Shown here one piece after another: positions 10,348 through 19,468 of a stretch of 64,000 nt of DNA. The notes below the pieces were generated by a model. The model saw only the letters and a list, made by a program, of their open reading frames with translations, made no database searches and was not told the DNA's origin. Each line of letters begins with the position of its first letter. Position 1 is the stretch's first letter. Made by a program: the position numbers and the translations under genes. Source of the stretch: Alphaproteobacteria bacterium (GTDB lineage: Bacteria; Pseudomonadota; Alphaproteobacteria; RF32; CAG-239); contig JAZNSB010000003.1 in the NCBI GenBank assembly GCA_045590955.1, positions 2,888-66,887 on the forward strand, written 5' to 3'.

Positions 10348-12024
10348 TTATTTTTCCTCCTTTGCTTCTTCATTAACCTTTTCCAGATATTCATTTTCAT
10401 AGAAATGAAGTGTGGAAAGAACGGGGTTTGGAGCTGTTTGACCTAAACCACACAAAGAAGCTTTTTGCATTGCTGTTGCAATTTGTTTAAGTTTTTCAAT
10501 GTCTTTTTTTGTTGCTTCACCGTCATTTATTTTTTTGAGCAAAGACAACATCTGTTTTCCACCAATTCTGCATGGAGCGCATTTACCACAAGATTCATCT
10601 ACTGTAAAGTCAAGATAGAAACTGGCAAGCTTTACCATGTCTTGAGTGTCATCAATAACAATCATACCGCCTGAACCCATAATAGACCCAACCTCTTTTA
10701 AGGCATCATAACAAACACCAAGGTCAAGTTTGTCGGCCGGAATCACACCTCCCGAAGGGCCTCCTGTTTGTACAGCTTTTAATTTTTTACCACTGGGAAC
10801 ACCACCGCCAATTTCGTTTACAATTTCATTTATGGAAGTACCCATTGGAATTTCTATTAATCCGGAATGTTCAACTTGTCCGGTTAAAGCAAAAACCTTG
10901 GTTCCTTTTGAGGTTGCGGTTCCAAAAGATGCAAACCAATCGGCACCCTTTAATATAATAGAAGGAATGTTGCCCAAAGTTTCAACATTGTTTACACAAC
11001 TTGGCTTGTCCCACAATCCTTTGTTTGTAGGATAAGGAGGTCTTGGACGAGGAGTTCCTCTGTGTCCTTCTATTGAACGGATTAAAGCTGTTTCTTCTCC
11101 GCAAACAAAAGCTCCGGCACCAAGACGAATATCTATATCAAAAGAAAAGTCTGTACCCATAATGTTTTTGCCAAGCAAAAGAGTTTTTTTGCAACTTTTT
11201 ATTGCTTTACTAATTCTTTCCACGGCAAGAGGATATTCTGCTCTGATATAGAACCAACCTTGTGTTGCGCCAGTAGCATATGCAGCAATCATCATACCCT
11301 CAATAACAGCATGAGGGTCTCCCTCTAAGATACTTCTGTCCATGTATGCGCCAGGGTCTCCTTCGTCACCATTACAGATAATAAATTTTTCATCAACGGT
11401 TGGAACTTTTGCTGCAAGCTCCCACTTCATGCCGGTGGAGAATCCACCACCACCACGACCGCGTAGGCCTGATTTTTTGATTTCTTCAACAACTTGAGCC
11501 GGTGTCATGGTTTTCAAAACTTTTTCTAAAGCCAAATATCCGCCCCTGGCAATATATTCTTGAATATCTTCCGGGTTAATAAGACCGGCGTTTTGAAGAA
11601 CAACCTTCTTTTGTTTTGTAAAGAAAGGCAGTTCTAAAGAAAGGATGTGTTGTTCTAATTTTTCCGGCATTTTGTATTGTTCATCTTTAACGGCAGGAAC
11701 AACGTATTCTAACATGATTTCTTTGAGGCTTTCAGCTGTTAATCTTTTGAACAAAACATCTTTTCTGCCTTTTATTTCTACCCTAACAAGAGGTCCTTGA
11801 GCACACAAGCCCATACAACCTGTTGGAACAAGACGTATTTTATCCTGAAGACCTTGCTCCTCAATAATAGAGCTCATTTCTGTCAAAAGGTCATCTGCAC
11901 CGGAAGATTTACATCCGGTTGAGTGGCAACAATAAAGGTGGGCAACAAAGGAATCCAGTTCGTTTTTTTTGTTTTGCGCAATTGCATGAATGTTAAATCT
12001 TGGGTCGTTTTGTAAATCTACCAT
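10348..12024 (-). CDS. hydB: NuoF-like NADH-binding flavoprotein subunit of the trimeric [FeFe]-hydrogenase (HydB)
   Basis: N-terminal thioredoxin-like 2Fe-2S domain (CCHSTGC...GCMGLC). NuoF core with GRGGGGFSTG and the FMN/NADH motifs. C-terminal 4Fe-4S CGKCAPCR. Confidence 0.9.
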   Translation of the reverse strand: MVDLQNDPRFNIHAIAQNKKNELDSFVAHLYCCHSTGCKSSGADDLLTEMSSIIEEQGLQDKIRLVPTGCMGLCAQGPLVRVEIKGRKDVLFKRLTAESLKEIMLEYVVPAVKDEQYKMPEKLEQHILSLELPFFTKQKKVVLQNAGLINPEDIQEYIARGGYLALEKVLKTMTPAQVVEEIKKSGLRGRGGGGFSTGMKWELAAKVPTVDEKFIICNGDEGDPGAYMDRSILEGDPHAVIEGMMIAAYATGATQGWFYIRAEYPLAVERISKAIKSCKKTLLLGKNIMGTDFSFDIDIRLGAGAFVCGEETALIRSIEGHRGTPRPRPPYPTNKGLWDKPSCVNNVETLGNIPSIILKGADWFASFGTATSKGTKVFALTGQVEHSGLIEIPMGTSINEIVNEIGGGVPSGKKLKAVQTGGPSGGVIPADKLDLGVCYDALKEVGSIMGSGGMIVIDDTQDMVKLASFYLDFTVDESCGKCAPCRIGGKQMLSLLKKINDGEATKKDIEKLKQIATAMQKASLCGLGQTAPNPVLSTLHFYENEYLEKVNEEAKEEK

Positions 12025-12027
12025 GTT

Positions 12028-12510
12028 CTACTCCTTTGTTTCTTGAGCAAAAGTGTCTTTCCACTCTTGGATAATATCTTTAACCATGTCGGGGGTTACT
12101 CGACCATAAGTTTTTCCGTTGATAACACAAACAGGCGCAAGACCACAACAACCAACACAGCGCACACATTGTAGGTGGAACATTTTATCGTTTGTGGATT
12201 GACCTTCTTGTATGCCAAGCTCTTTTTTAAATTCTTCTAAAACGGCATCGTTGCCTTTTAAGAAGCACGCAGTTCCTGTGCAAACAGAAATTACGGCTTT
12301 TCCAGGACTTTCAAGTTTAAACAAATTATAAAAAGTTAAAACTTCATAGACCTTTGCCAAAGGAACATTCATGTGTTCGGCAAGCTCTGCGGCGTCTTCC
12401 CAGGGAACATACCCTTTTATATCTTGGATTTCGTGGAGGGCCATAATAAGAGAACCTCTCTTTTTTGCCCATTTTTTTGCGGTTTGTACTGCAATACTTG
12501 TGTCTGTCAT
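12028..12510 (-). CDS. hydC: NuoE-like 2Fe-2S subunit of the trimeric [FeFe]-hydrogenase (HydC)
   Basis: Thioredoxin-like ferredoxin fold with CTGTAC...CVRCVGCCGLAP. The ATG at 12510 is preferred over the TTG at 12531 used by the ORF track. Confidence 0.8.
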   Translation of the reverse strand: MTDTSIAVQTAKKWAKKRGSLIMALHEIQDIKGYVPWEDAAELAEHMNVPLAKVYEVLTFYNLFKLESPGKAVISVCTGTACFLKGNDAVLEEFKKELGIQEGQSTNDKMFHLQCVRCVGCCGLAPVCVINGKTYGRVTPDMVKDIIQEWKDTFAQETKE

Positions 12511-12670
12511 ATTTTTTTCTTTCAAAATCAAAAAACAATGTGTTTTATTGTAACCGTTATTTGTTAAAATGCACTTAAATTTTTATTTTGATAAACCATT
12601 TTTTACAAAAAAATAAGAAATTTTGTTTTTTTTAGTTTTATTATAAGAAAATGCGGTTATAATCACTCCC

Positions 12671-13795
12671 ATGAAAAAAATAACATGGTATATTGCAAAA
12701 CAAACAATAGTTGGTTTTTGTGTGGTGTGTTTCTCTTTGATGTCAGTGTTGTGGCTTACACAATCACTGCGTTTTGTTGAGCTTATCACAAACAAAGGAA
12801 TCTCAATGAGCATCTTTGCAGAGCTTACAACTTTATTGATGCCTAGAATTTTTGTTGTTTTGGCACCACTATCTGTTTTTGCTGCCGTAATGTTTACCTA
12901 TAACAGAATGCTGTCAGACAGAGAGTTGGTGGTAATTAAATCTGCCGGAATTTCTTCTTGGCAAATTGTTAAACCGGCGTTGCTTGTTGGTTTTGTTCTG
13001 TCTTTTGTCTGTTTGTTTGTATACAATATTACAATTCCGTGGGCAGAAGTTAAGTTTAGGGAATTGCAGTGGAAGGTTGAACATGACGTGTCTCATCTTA
13101 TGTTTAGAGAGGGTGAGTTTGTAAGCTTGCAACCGAGGTTGATGGTGTTTATTGCGTCGCACGAAAAAGATGGTGCGGTTAAGGGTGTTTTGGTAAATGA
13201 CGAAAGAAAACCAACAAAAAAAGTAACGCTTTCTGCTGAACTTGGCAGGGTGATTTATACAGATAAAGGACCAAAGGTTTTGTTGGTAAATGGTTCAAGA
13301 CAAGAGCTTGATCTAGACACAAAACAGTTTTCCAGCCTTTTCTTTGAAAGACATTCTATGGATTTTGGGGAGGGTTTTGAAAAAAACAAAAGAACACGTA
13401 TAAGTCCGAGAGAAAAAAGTTTATATGAATTGCTGACAGCCTCTAATGATAAAACGCTATCAAAAACAGATATAAACAAATACTTGGTTGAGGGAAACAA
13501 AAGGTTGTTTGCAGCGTTTTATAATATACTTTTTGCTCTGTTGGGCTGTTTAGGTCTGGTTTTAGGCAACTTTAACAGAAGGGGGCAGATTAAAACAATT
13601 TCTATATCTATTTTTGCGATGGTATTTGTTTTAGCGCTGGATTTAATGTTACAAAATATGGCGGCTAAACACATTTTTTTATTGCCGGTGTTGTATGCAA
13701 ACCTTTTGTTGCCAATGTCTTTTTGTTTGTTTTTGCTCTTTTTTTATACCCCGGGAATGTTTCAAAAACTGCGGAGATCGGTGCATGAAAAATAA
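12671..13795 (+). CDS. lptG: LPS export ABC permease, LptF/LptG family; probably LptG given its position directly upstream of lptD.
   Basis: YjgP/YjgQ-family topology. The MKKITWYIAKQ N-terminus is typical of the family. It overlaps the lptD start. Confidence 0.75.
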   Translation: MKKITWYIAKQTIVGFCVVCFSLMSVLWLTQSLRFVELITNKGISMSIFAELTTLLMPRIFVVLAPLSVFAAVMFTYNRMLSDRELVVIKSAGISSWQIVKPALLVGFVLSFVCLFVYNITIPWAEVKFRELQWKVEHDVSHLMFREGEFVSLQPRLMVFIASHEKDGAVKGVLVNDERKPTKKVTLSAELGRVIYTDKGPKVLLVNGSRQELDLDTKQFSSLFFERHSMDFGEGFEKNKRTRISPREKSLYELLTASNDKTLSKTDINKYLVEGNKRLFAAFYNILFALLGCLGLVLGNFNRRGQIKTISISIFAMVFVLALDLMLQNMAAKHIFLLPVLYANLLLPMSFCLFLLFFYTPGMFQKLRRSVHEK

Positions 13796-16013
13796 GCTTT
13801 TGTTGTCCGCTGTTTGTTTTTGTTTGTTGTGTCCGCAATATGCAAACGCTCAAAGAAAGGTTGTGGCCGGAACTCGTCTTGATGGAAGCGAATTAAATCC
13901 TCATGCGGGTGTGGAAATGACAAAAAATATTGCAGATGTTTTTTCTCCAAAGGTTTCTGATGAAAACACAGACACATTTTTTTCTGCCGATGAAATAGAG
14001 AGCGATGAACAGCTTGGAACTATTGTGGCAAAAGGCAATGTAAATTTACAAAGACAAAATGTTACTCTTGTTGCTGATAAGATTGTTTATAACCAAAAAG
14101 AAGACGTTGTAACAGCGGTTGGAAATGTAGTGATTTTAGAGGAATCGGGAAATGTTGTTTTTTCTGATTATTCAGAATTGTCAAACAGGATGTCAGAAGC
14201 AGAAATGAGAAATCTAAAGGTCTTGTTGAAAGACAAAACCAGAATGTCGGCAAGTTCTGCAAAAAAAGACGCGGATGATAATAAGGTTTTGGAAAATGCA
14301 ACATATACACCTTGTGATACGTGTAAAAGCTCTGCTCCGTTGTGGAGTTTGAGGGCTACAGAGGTAAAACACGACGCAAAGGCTCAAGATGTTTATTATA
14401 AGCACGCTTTTTTAGACATAAAAGGTGTTCCTGTTTTCTATATGCCATTTTTCACACATCCAGACCCAACAGTAAAAAAACGTTCAGGATTTTTACCGCC
14501 GACAATTAAAACAACAAGCTATTTGGGACCGGCTTTTCAGGCCAGGTATTTCTTTGATATATCCGATAATGACAGTTTTGTTTTTTCTCCTATTATTTCA
14601 AGCAAAAAAGGAGGGGTGCTTGCAGGTAATTATACAAAATATATGTATGACGGAAACTTTGATATAACTGGGAACGTTTTAAAAGATACTGATACAAACA
14701 AATGGCGCGGAAATTTGTTTGCAACAGCAAGACAAGAGGTTAATGATTATTGGTTGGCGGATGCCAATTTAAATTATGTTTCAGACAGATCTTTTTTAAA
14801 AGACTTATCTTTACCCAAAAAGAACGACACATGGCTTACCTCCAGTGTTGCTTTGCAAGGGTTTGACGATAGAAATTATGCAAATCTTTCAGCATATTAT
14901 TACTATATGCTAAGTAATAATTTGAAAGATTATGATAAGCCGTTAGTTTTACCATTTTTTGAATATGAAAATTATGGTGACCTTCAGCCTTTTGGCGCTT
15001 TTATGAAAACAAACATAAGCGCAGCTTCTGTTTTACATGAAGAAGATTCTGACGCACAAAGAATATCAATGATAAATTCTTGGATTTTACCATATACAAG
15101 CCCATATGGAGAAAAATATAAACTTTCTGCGTCTGTAAAATCTGACGTGTATTATGTTGATGATTATGTTGGAGAAGAAAACAAAAAGTTTGAAGGAGCG
15201 GTGGCAAGAGTGTTTCCTCAGCTGGGTTTAGAGTGGCGAATGCCCTTTATTAAGGTTGGAGAAACAACCAGACATATTTTGGAACCGGTTTTGGTTGGTG
15301 TTTTGGCTCCAAATGGAGGAAACAAGGCCAACAAAATACCAAATGACGACAGTTTGGGTATGTTGTTGGATGACACAAACGTACTAAGCTTGGATAGATT
15401 TTCCGGCTATGATAGAAACGATACGGGAAGCAGAATCAGCTATGGCTTTAACTGGAATTCTTACGGAACAAAATATGGTCACACCTCTGTTTTTATTGCA
15501 CAAAGCTATGAGTTTAATGGGGGAGATGAGTTTAAGATAAACAATGATGTAAATTCAAGGTGGTCAGACTATGTGGGTAGGGCATATTTGGCACCAAACG
15601 ATAGTTTTGCTCTGGATTATCGTTTTAGAGCAGATAAAGATGATTTAAGTATTAATTATAGTGAGCTGGGAACATTCTTTGGTCCGGATATGTTAAGGTT
15701 TTATGTTTCTTATATTTATTTGGCTCAAAACAACAATTTGTCTTTTGTTGACGGGTTGGAAAGAAACGAACTATATACATCTTTGAGTGCCAAAGTTTCA
15801 AAAGATTGGACTTTGACTTTGTTTAACAGACAAGATTTGGCAGAACAAAAATCATCTTTGGAACACGGTGGAGAGCTTATATATGAAGATGAATGCTTAA
15901 AACTTATAAACTATATAAAAAGAACGAACTCAACTGATCCGGAAGATGATAATGACTTTGAGTTTGGTGTGACCTTTTTCTTAAAAACGCTTGGCGGCGC
16001 CGGAGCAAAATAG
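13785..16013 (+). CDS. lptD: LPS assembly outer-membrane protein LptD
   Basis: Signal peptide MKNKLLLSAVCFCLLCPQYANA. An OstA-like N-terminal domain. A large C-terminal beta-barrel rich in aromatic/Gly alternation. lptD-surA-rsmA synteny. Confidence 0.85.
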   Translation: MKNKLLLSAVCFCLLCPQYANAQRKVVAGTRLDGSELNPHAGVEMTKNIADVFSPKVSDENTDTFFSADEIESDEQLGTIVAKGNVNLQRQNVTLVADKIVYNQKEDVVTAVGNVVILEESGNVVFSDYSELSNRMSEAEMRNLKVLLKDKTRMSASSAKKDADDNKVLENATYTPCDTCKSSAPLWSLRATEVKHDAKAQDVYYKHAFLDIKGVPVFYMPFFTHPDPTVKKRSGFLPPTIKTTSYLGPAFQARYFFDISDNDSFVFSPIISSKKGGVLAGNYTKYMYDGNFDITGNVLKDTDTNKWRGNLFATARQEVNDYWLADANLNYVSDRSFLKDLSLPKKNDTWLTSSVALQGFDDRNYANLSAYYYYMLSNNLKDYDKPLVLPFFEYENYGDLQPFGAFMKTNISAASVLHEEDSDAQRISMINSWILPYTSPYGEKYKLSASVKSDVYYVDDYVGEENKKFEGAVARVFPQLGLEWRMPFIKVGETTRHILEPVLVGVLAPNGGNKANKIPNDDSLGMLLDDTNVLSLDRFSGYDRNDTGSRISYGFNWNSYGTKYGHTSVFIAQSYEFNGGDEFKINNDVNSRWSDYVGRAYLAPNDSFALDYRFRADKDDLSINYSELGTFFGPDMLRFYVSYIYLAQNNNLSFVDGLERNELYTSLSAKVSKDWTLTLFNRQDLAEQKSSLEHGGELIYEDECLKLINYIKRTNSTDPEDDNDFEFGVTFFLKTLGGAGAK

Positions 16014-16021
16014 GAGGAAAA

Positions 16022-16993
16022 ATGAAAAAAACAATATTTTTAACAATGCTTTTTTGTTGTATAAGTTCAGCGGCAACAGCTCAGTTTGTGAGTCAGTTGG
16101 CGACGATTAGTCCTGTTGCGGAGGAAGGTAAAGACGGACCAATAAGCTTTTCTATTGCCGCGATTGTAAATGGAGAGATTGTGTCCTCTCAAGACATGAA
16201 AAGCAGAATTAAGTTTTTGTCTTTTGTTAGCGAAATTCCTATTAACTCCCAAACGGAGCAAATGTTAAAAAGCCAAGCTCTACATTCTTTGGTGGACGAA
16301 AAAATAAAAAGACAAGAGGCCAAAAAACAGGGAATATCTATCCCTAAGTCAGAAATTGAAGATGCGGTGAAATTTTTTGCAGAATCTAAGAATATGAAAA
16401 CAGAAGATCTGGAACAAACCATGAAAGACAAAGAGATTTCTTTGGAATACTTTAAGTCTCAGTTGGAACTAGATATGCTGTGGGCAAGAATGGTAAAGAG
16501 AAACGCAGGAGCAGAAATGGTTGTAAGACCGCAAGAGGTTGAGGAAGCTTATAAAAAAGCTTTGCAAGAAGCAAAAATAAAAAAATATATGATTTCTGAA
16601 ATTTTTATTAGCAAAGAAAAGGCACAGGATTTAGATCAGTTGGTTAAAAACGTTAGAGGTGATAATCGTTTTGCCCTTTATGCAATGCAATTTTCTGAGG
16701 CACCAAGCGTGGTAAACGGTGGAAATATAGGTTGGGTAAAAAGCGGACAGCTGGATACAAAAATAGATGACGCATTAAAAAACATGAAAGATGGCGATAT
16801 TTCTGATCCAATAAAGGTTGAAAATGGTTTTTACATTATCAAGCTGGAAAAAACTTACGATCCAAATAAAACCAAGGCCGTTCCCGACAAAACAGAGGTT
16901 GAAAGAATGTTGCAAAACGCAAAAACAGAGGCGTTTGCCCAAAAGTTTTTGCAAAAAATAAGACAACAAGCTGTAGTTGAGATTAGAAACTAA
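16022..16993 (+). CDS. surA: Periplasmic chaperone/PPIase SurA-like protein with a single parvulin domain
   Basis: Signal peptide. SurA N-domain-like region. A parvulin block GGNIGWVKSGQLD...GDISDPIKVENGFYIIKLE. Position between lptD and rsmA. Confidence 0.75.
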   Translation: MKKTIFLTMLFCCISSAATAQFVSQLATISPVAEEGKDGPISFSIAAIVNGEIVSSQDMKSRIKFLSFVSEIPINSQTEQMLKSQALHSLVDEKIKRQEAKKQGISIPKSEIEDAVKFFAESKNMKTEDLEQTMKDKEISLEYFKSQLELDMLWARMVKRNAGAEMVVRPQEVEEAYKKALQEAKIKKYMISEIFISKEKAQDLDQLVKNVRGDNRFALYAMQFSEAPSVVNGGNIGWVKSGQLDTKIDDALKNMKDGDISDPIKVENGFYIIKLEKTYDPNKTKAVPDKTEVERMLQNAKTEAFAQKFLQKIRQQAVVEIRN

Positions 16994-16994
16994 G

Positions 16995-17834
16995 ATGTTT
17001 GAAAATTTTGAAACATTACACGAAACTGTAAATCGCCACAATCTCTGGGCAGAAAAGTCTCTGGGTCAGAATTTTTTATTAGATAAAAACGTTTTAGATA
17101 AAATTATCAATACGTCTTTACAAAAGCAAGGAAGACAAAGTTTTGATGGTTGTAACGTCTTTGAAATAGGCTGTGGTCCGGGTGGTTTGACACGGGCAAT
17201 TTTAGAAAAAAAACCAGCATCGCTTACCATAATAGAAATGGATGAGCGTTGTGTTAACATTGCCCAAGAACTTAAAGAGTTTAGCGGAATTTCAATGGAC
17301 ATCATCCACGGAGATGCTATGAAAACAAAGGTGGAAGTGTCGGACAAGCCCCATAAACACATAGTAAGCAATCTGCCTTATAATATATCCGTTGCGTTGT
17401 TGACCGGTTGGTTAAAAAATATGTCTTCTTTTGAAAGCTTAACGCTGATGTTTCAAAAAGAGGTTGCAGACAGAATTGTTGCAAAGCCAAATTCAAAAAC
17501 ATATGGAAAACTTTCTGTTTTGACACAATTAATAGCAGAGGTTGAAATTTTGTTTGACTTAAATCCAAAGTGTTTTGTTCCTGCGCCAAAAGTTTGGTCT
17601 TCTGTCTTGCTGTTCAGACCAAAAAATGACATGATTTTTGGGGAAGATGTTGCAAGGTTAGAACAATTAACTACAGCGGCTTTCGGACAGAGAAGAAAGA
17701 TGATTAGGCAAAGTCTAAAAGCATATAAAAATTTGCAAGAGGTTTGCGAAAAAACGGGTGTTTTACCAACACATAGGCCTGAACAAATATCTCCGGAACA
17801 GTTTTTACAGATGTCAAGACTTCTGTTTTTTTAA
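16995..17834 (+). CDS. rsmA: 16S rRNA (adenine1518/1519-N6)-dimethyltransferase
   Basis: LGQNFLLD and the SAM motif FEIGCGPGGLT. The ATG at 16995 comes right after the surA stop. Confidence 0.9.
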   Translation: MFENFETLHETVNRHNLWAEKSLGQNFLLDKNVLDKIINTSLQKQGRQSFDGCNVFEIGCGPGGLTRAILEKKPASLTIIEMDERCVNIAQELKEFSGISMDIIHGDAMKTKVEVSDKPHKHIVSNLPYNISVALLTGWLKNMSSFESLTLMFQKEVADRIVAKPNSKTYGKLSVLTQLIAEVEILFDLNPKCFVPAPKVWSSVLLFRPKNDMIFGEDVARLEQLTTAAFGQRRKMIRQSLKAYKNLQEVCEKTGVLPTHRPEQISPEQFLQMSRLLFF

Positions 17835-18707
17835 AGCTAAGGGGTGTTTGTTTTTTACCTCATTAATTAACTCTTCTGATAAAATATGGGTGTATATTTC
17901 AGTGGTTGCAATATTTTCGTGGCCAAGCAATGTTTGAACAACCCTAAGGTCTGCATTATTGTTGAGCATGTGAGTTGCAAAACTGTGGCGAAGGCTGTGA
18001 GGAGAAATTCTTGAGGGGCTGATACCAGCGTCTATGGCAAGTTTTGAAAGATTTTTAAAGAAACCATCTCGGGTAATGTGTCCGCTTTTGGATGTGGGGG
18101 AAGGAAATAGCCATGGAGATTTTTTGTTTGTACCGGCAAAATCAAGACGTTTTGTCAGGTATTTTTGTATATCGGAGATAATTTTATTTGAAATAGGAAC
18201 AACCCTTTCTTTTGCGCCCTTTCCATTAATACGAAGTGTTTTTTTATTAAGATTAAGGTTTTCTGTTTTTATAGAAACAAGTTCCGAAACCCTTAAACCG
18301 CAAACGTACATGAGTTTACACATTGCAATAGTGCGTTGGTGGTGAGGGTTTTTTGCAACCACACCAATTAAATTTTTTGCTTCTGTTTTTGAAAGAAAAC
18401 GAGGAAGCTTCTTTTCTTCTTTTGGGCGAATCAGATTGGCACAAGGGTTATTTGATATAATTTTTTCTGATATTAAAAATTTACAAAAAGAGTTTATGCT
18501 TGTGATTTTGCGATTTATGGTTTTTGAGGACATTCCTTTGTTTGAAAGGTGTAAAAAAAAGTTTTCAACATTTTCTGAAGAAAACTTACCGTCTTTTATA
18601 AAATCAAAAAACTGTTGTAAATCAACAGAATAAGCAGAAATTGTGTTTGGCAAAACACCTTTTTCTGCCAAAAGAGTATCTAAAAAATCAGAAACAAAAC
18701 CCCTCAT
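17814..18707 (-). CDS. xerD: Tyrosine site-specific recombinase of the XerC/XerD family
   Basis: C-terminal catalytic box HSLRHSFATHML...LLGHENIATTEIYTHI. Its neighbours rsmA and aroK are housekeeping genes, so it is chromosomal rather than phage-borne. Confidence 0.85.
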   Translation of the reverse strand: MRGFVSDFLDTLLAEKGVLPNTISAYSVDLQQFFDFIKDGKFSSENVENFFLHLSNKGMSSKTINRKITSINSFCKFLISEKIISNNPCANLIRPKEEKKLPRFLSKTEAKNLIGVVAKNPHHQRTIAMCKLMYVCGLRVSELVSIKTENLNLNKKTLRINGKGAKERVVPISNKIISDIQKYLTKRLDFAGTNKKSPWLFPSPTSKSGHITRDGFFKNLSKLAIDAGISPSRISPHSLRHSFATHMLNNNADLRVVQTLLGHENIATTEIYTHILSEELINEVKNKHPLALKKQKS

Positions 18708-18717
18708 CTTGTTATTT

Positions 18718-18849
18718 TATGTTTACATTTATGTTTTGTTCAACCGTTTGTGTTTTTACCGGCATTTCTATAATCATTAATGCAATAAGGGCCAAAATTG
18801 ACATTCCAATTACGGCAAAAAGGACAACCGGGTTTTTCTTTTGTCTCAT
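18718..18849 (-). CDS. Putative small single-pass membrane protein of about 44 aa (MRQKKNPVVLFAVIGMSILALIALMIIEMPVKTQTVEQNINVNIK)
   Basis: An ATG with a basic N-terminus followed by a 20-residue hydrophobic helix. Same orientation as xerD and immediately upstream of it. Below the 60-aa ORF-track cutoff. Confidence 0.3.
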
Positions 18850-18931
18850 ATAAACCTCTCAAAAAACAATTGATAAAATTTATTTTCTTTATATTATGCC
18901 TATAATAGTAATGTGTAAAGATTTATAAAAA

Positions 18932-19468
18932 ATGAAAGAAATAAAAAAAATAATTTTATTAGTCGGTCTTATGGGAGCCGGTAAAACGAGCGTGGGAAAG
19001 CGCTTGGCAAAAAAGCTGAATCTTCCCTTTGTTGATGGAGACAGGGAGGTGGAAAAAGCTGCGGGTTTGTCACTAATTGACATATTAAAGTGTTTTGGAC
19101 AAGAAGAGTATAGAGCCGGAGAAACCAGGGTAATGAAAAGACTTTTATCAGGTAAGCCGTGTGTGTTGGCTTCCGGAGGTGGCTCTTTTGTGGCAGAAGA
19201 AACCAGAAAAATGGCAAAAGAAAACGCAATAACCGTGTGGTTAAAGGCAGATGCAGATGTTTTGTATAGCAGAACAGCCGGGAGAAAACACAGGCCCTTT
19301 ATTGAGGGGAATGACGAACATTTAAAAAGCAAATTAGAAAAATATATAAGTGAAGAATATCCTTATTATGAAAAGGCAGATATTGTTGTTCAAACAAAGC
19401 AAGAATTTGTTGGCAACACTGTAAAAAGAGTGCTGGCGGCAGTTAATGCTTTTGTTGAAAAAAACTAG
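18932..19468 (+). CDS. aroK: Shikimate kinase
   Basis: P-loop GLMGAGKTSVGKRLA. Size about 178 aa. Confidence 0.85.
   Translation: MKEIKKIILLVGLMGAGKTSVGKRLAKKLNLPFVDGDREVEKAAGLSLIDILKCFGQEEYRAGETRVMKRLLSGKPCVLASGGGSFVAEETRKMAKENAITVWLKADADVLYSRTAGRKHRPFIEGNDEHLKSKLEKYISEEYPYYEKADIVVQTKQEFVGNTVKRVLAAVNAFVEKN

Noticed and set aside
12531-12531. TTG start for hydC as given by the ORF track
   Set aside because: An in-frame ATG at 12510 gives an N-terminus typical of NuoE-like proteins (MTDTSIAV...). The extra seven residues have no support.
12532-12670. Possible ncRNA in the hydC/lptG divergent region
   Set aside because: 139 nt of AT-rich sequence with a TATAAT-like -10 for lptG and no stable hairpins. 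It is most simply explained as two back-to-back promoters.
17814-18707. xerD as a marker of an integrated mobile element or prophage
   Set aside because: It is flanked by the housekeeping genes rsmA and aroK in the conserved alphaproteobacterial arrangement. No att-like repeats, phage genes or transposases are nearby.
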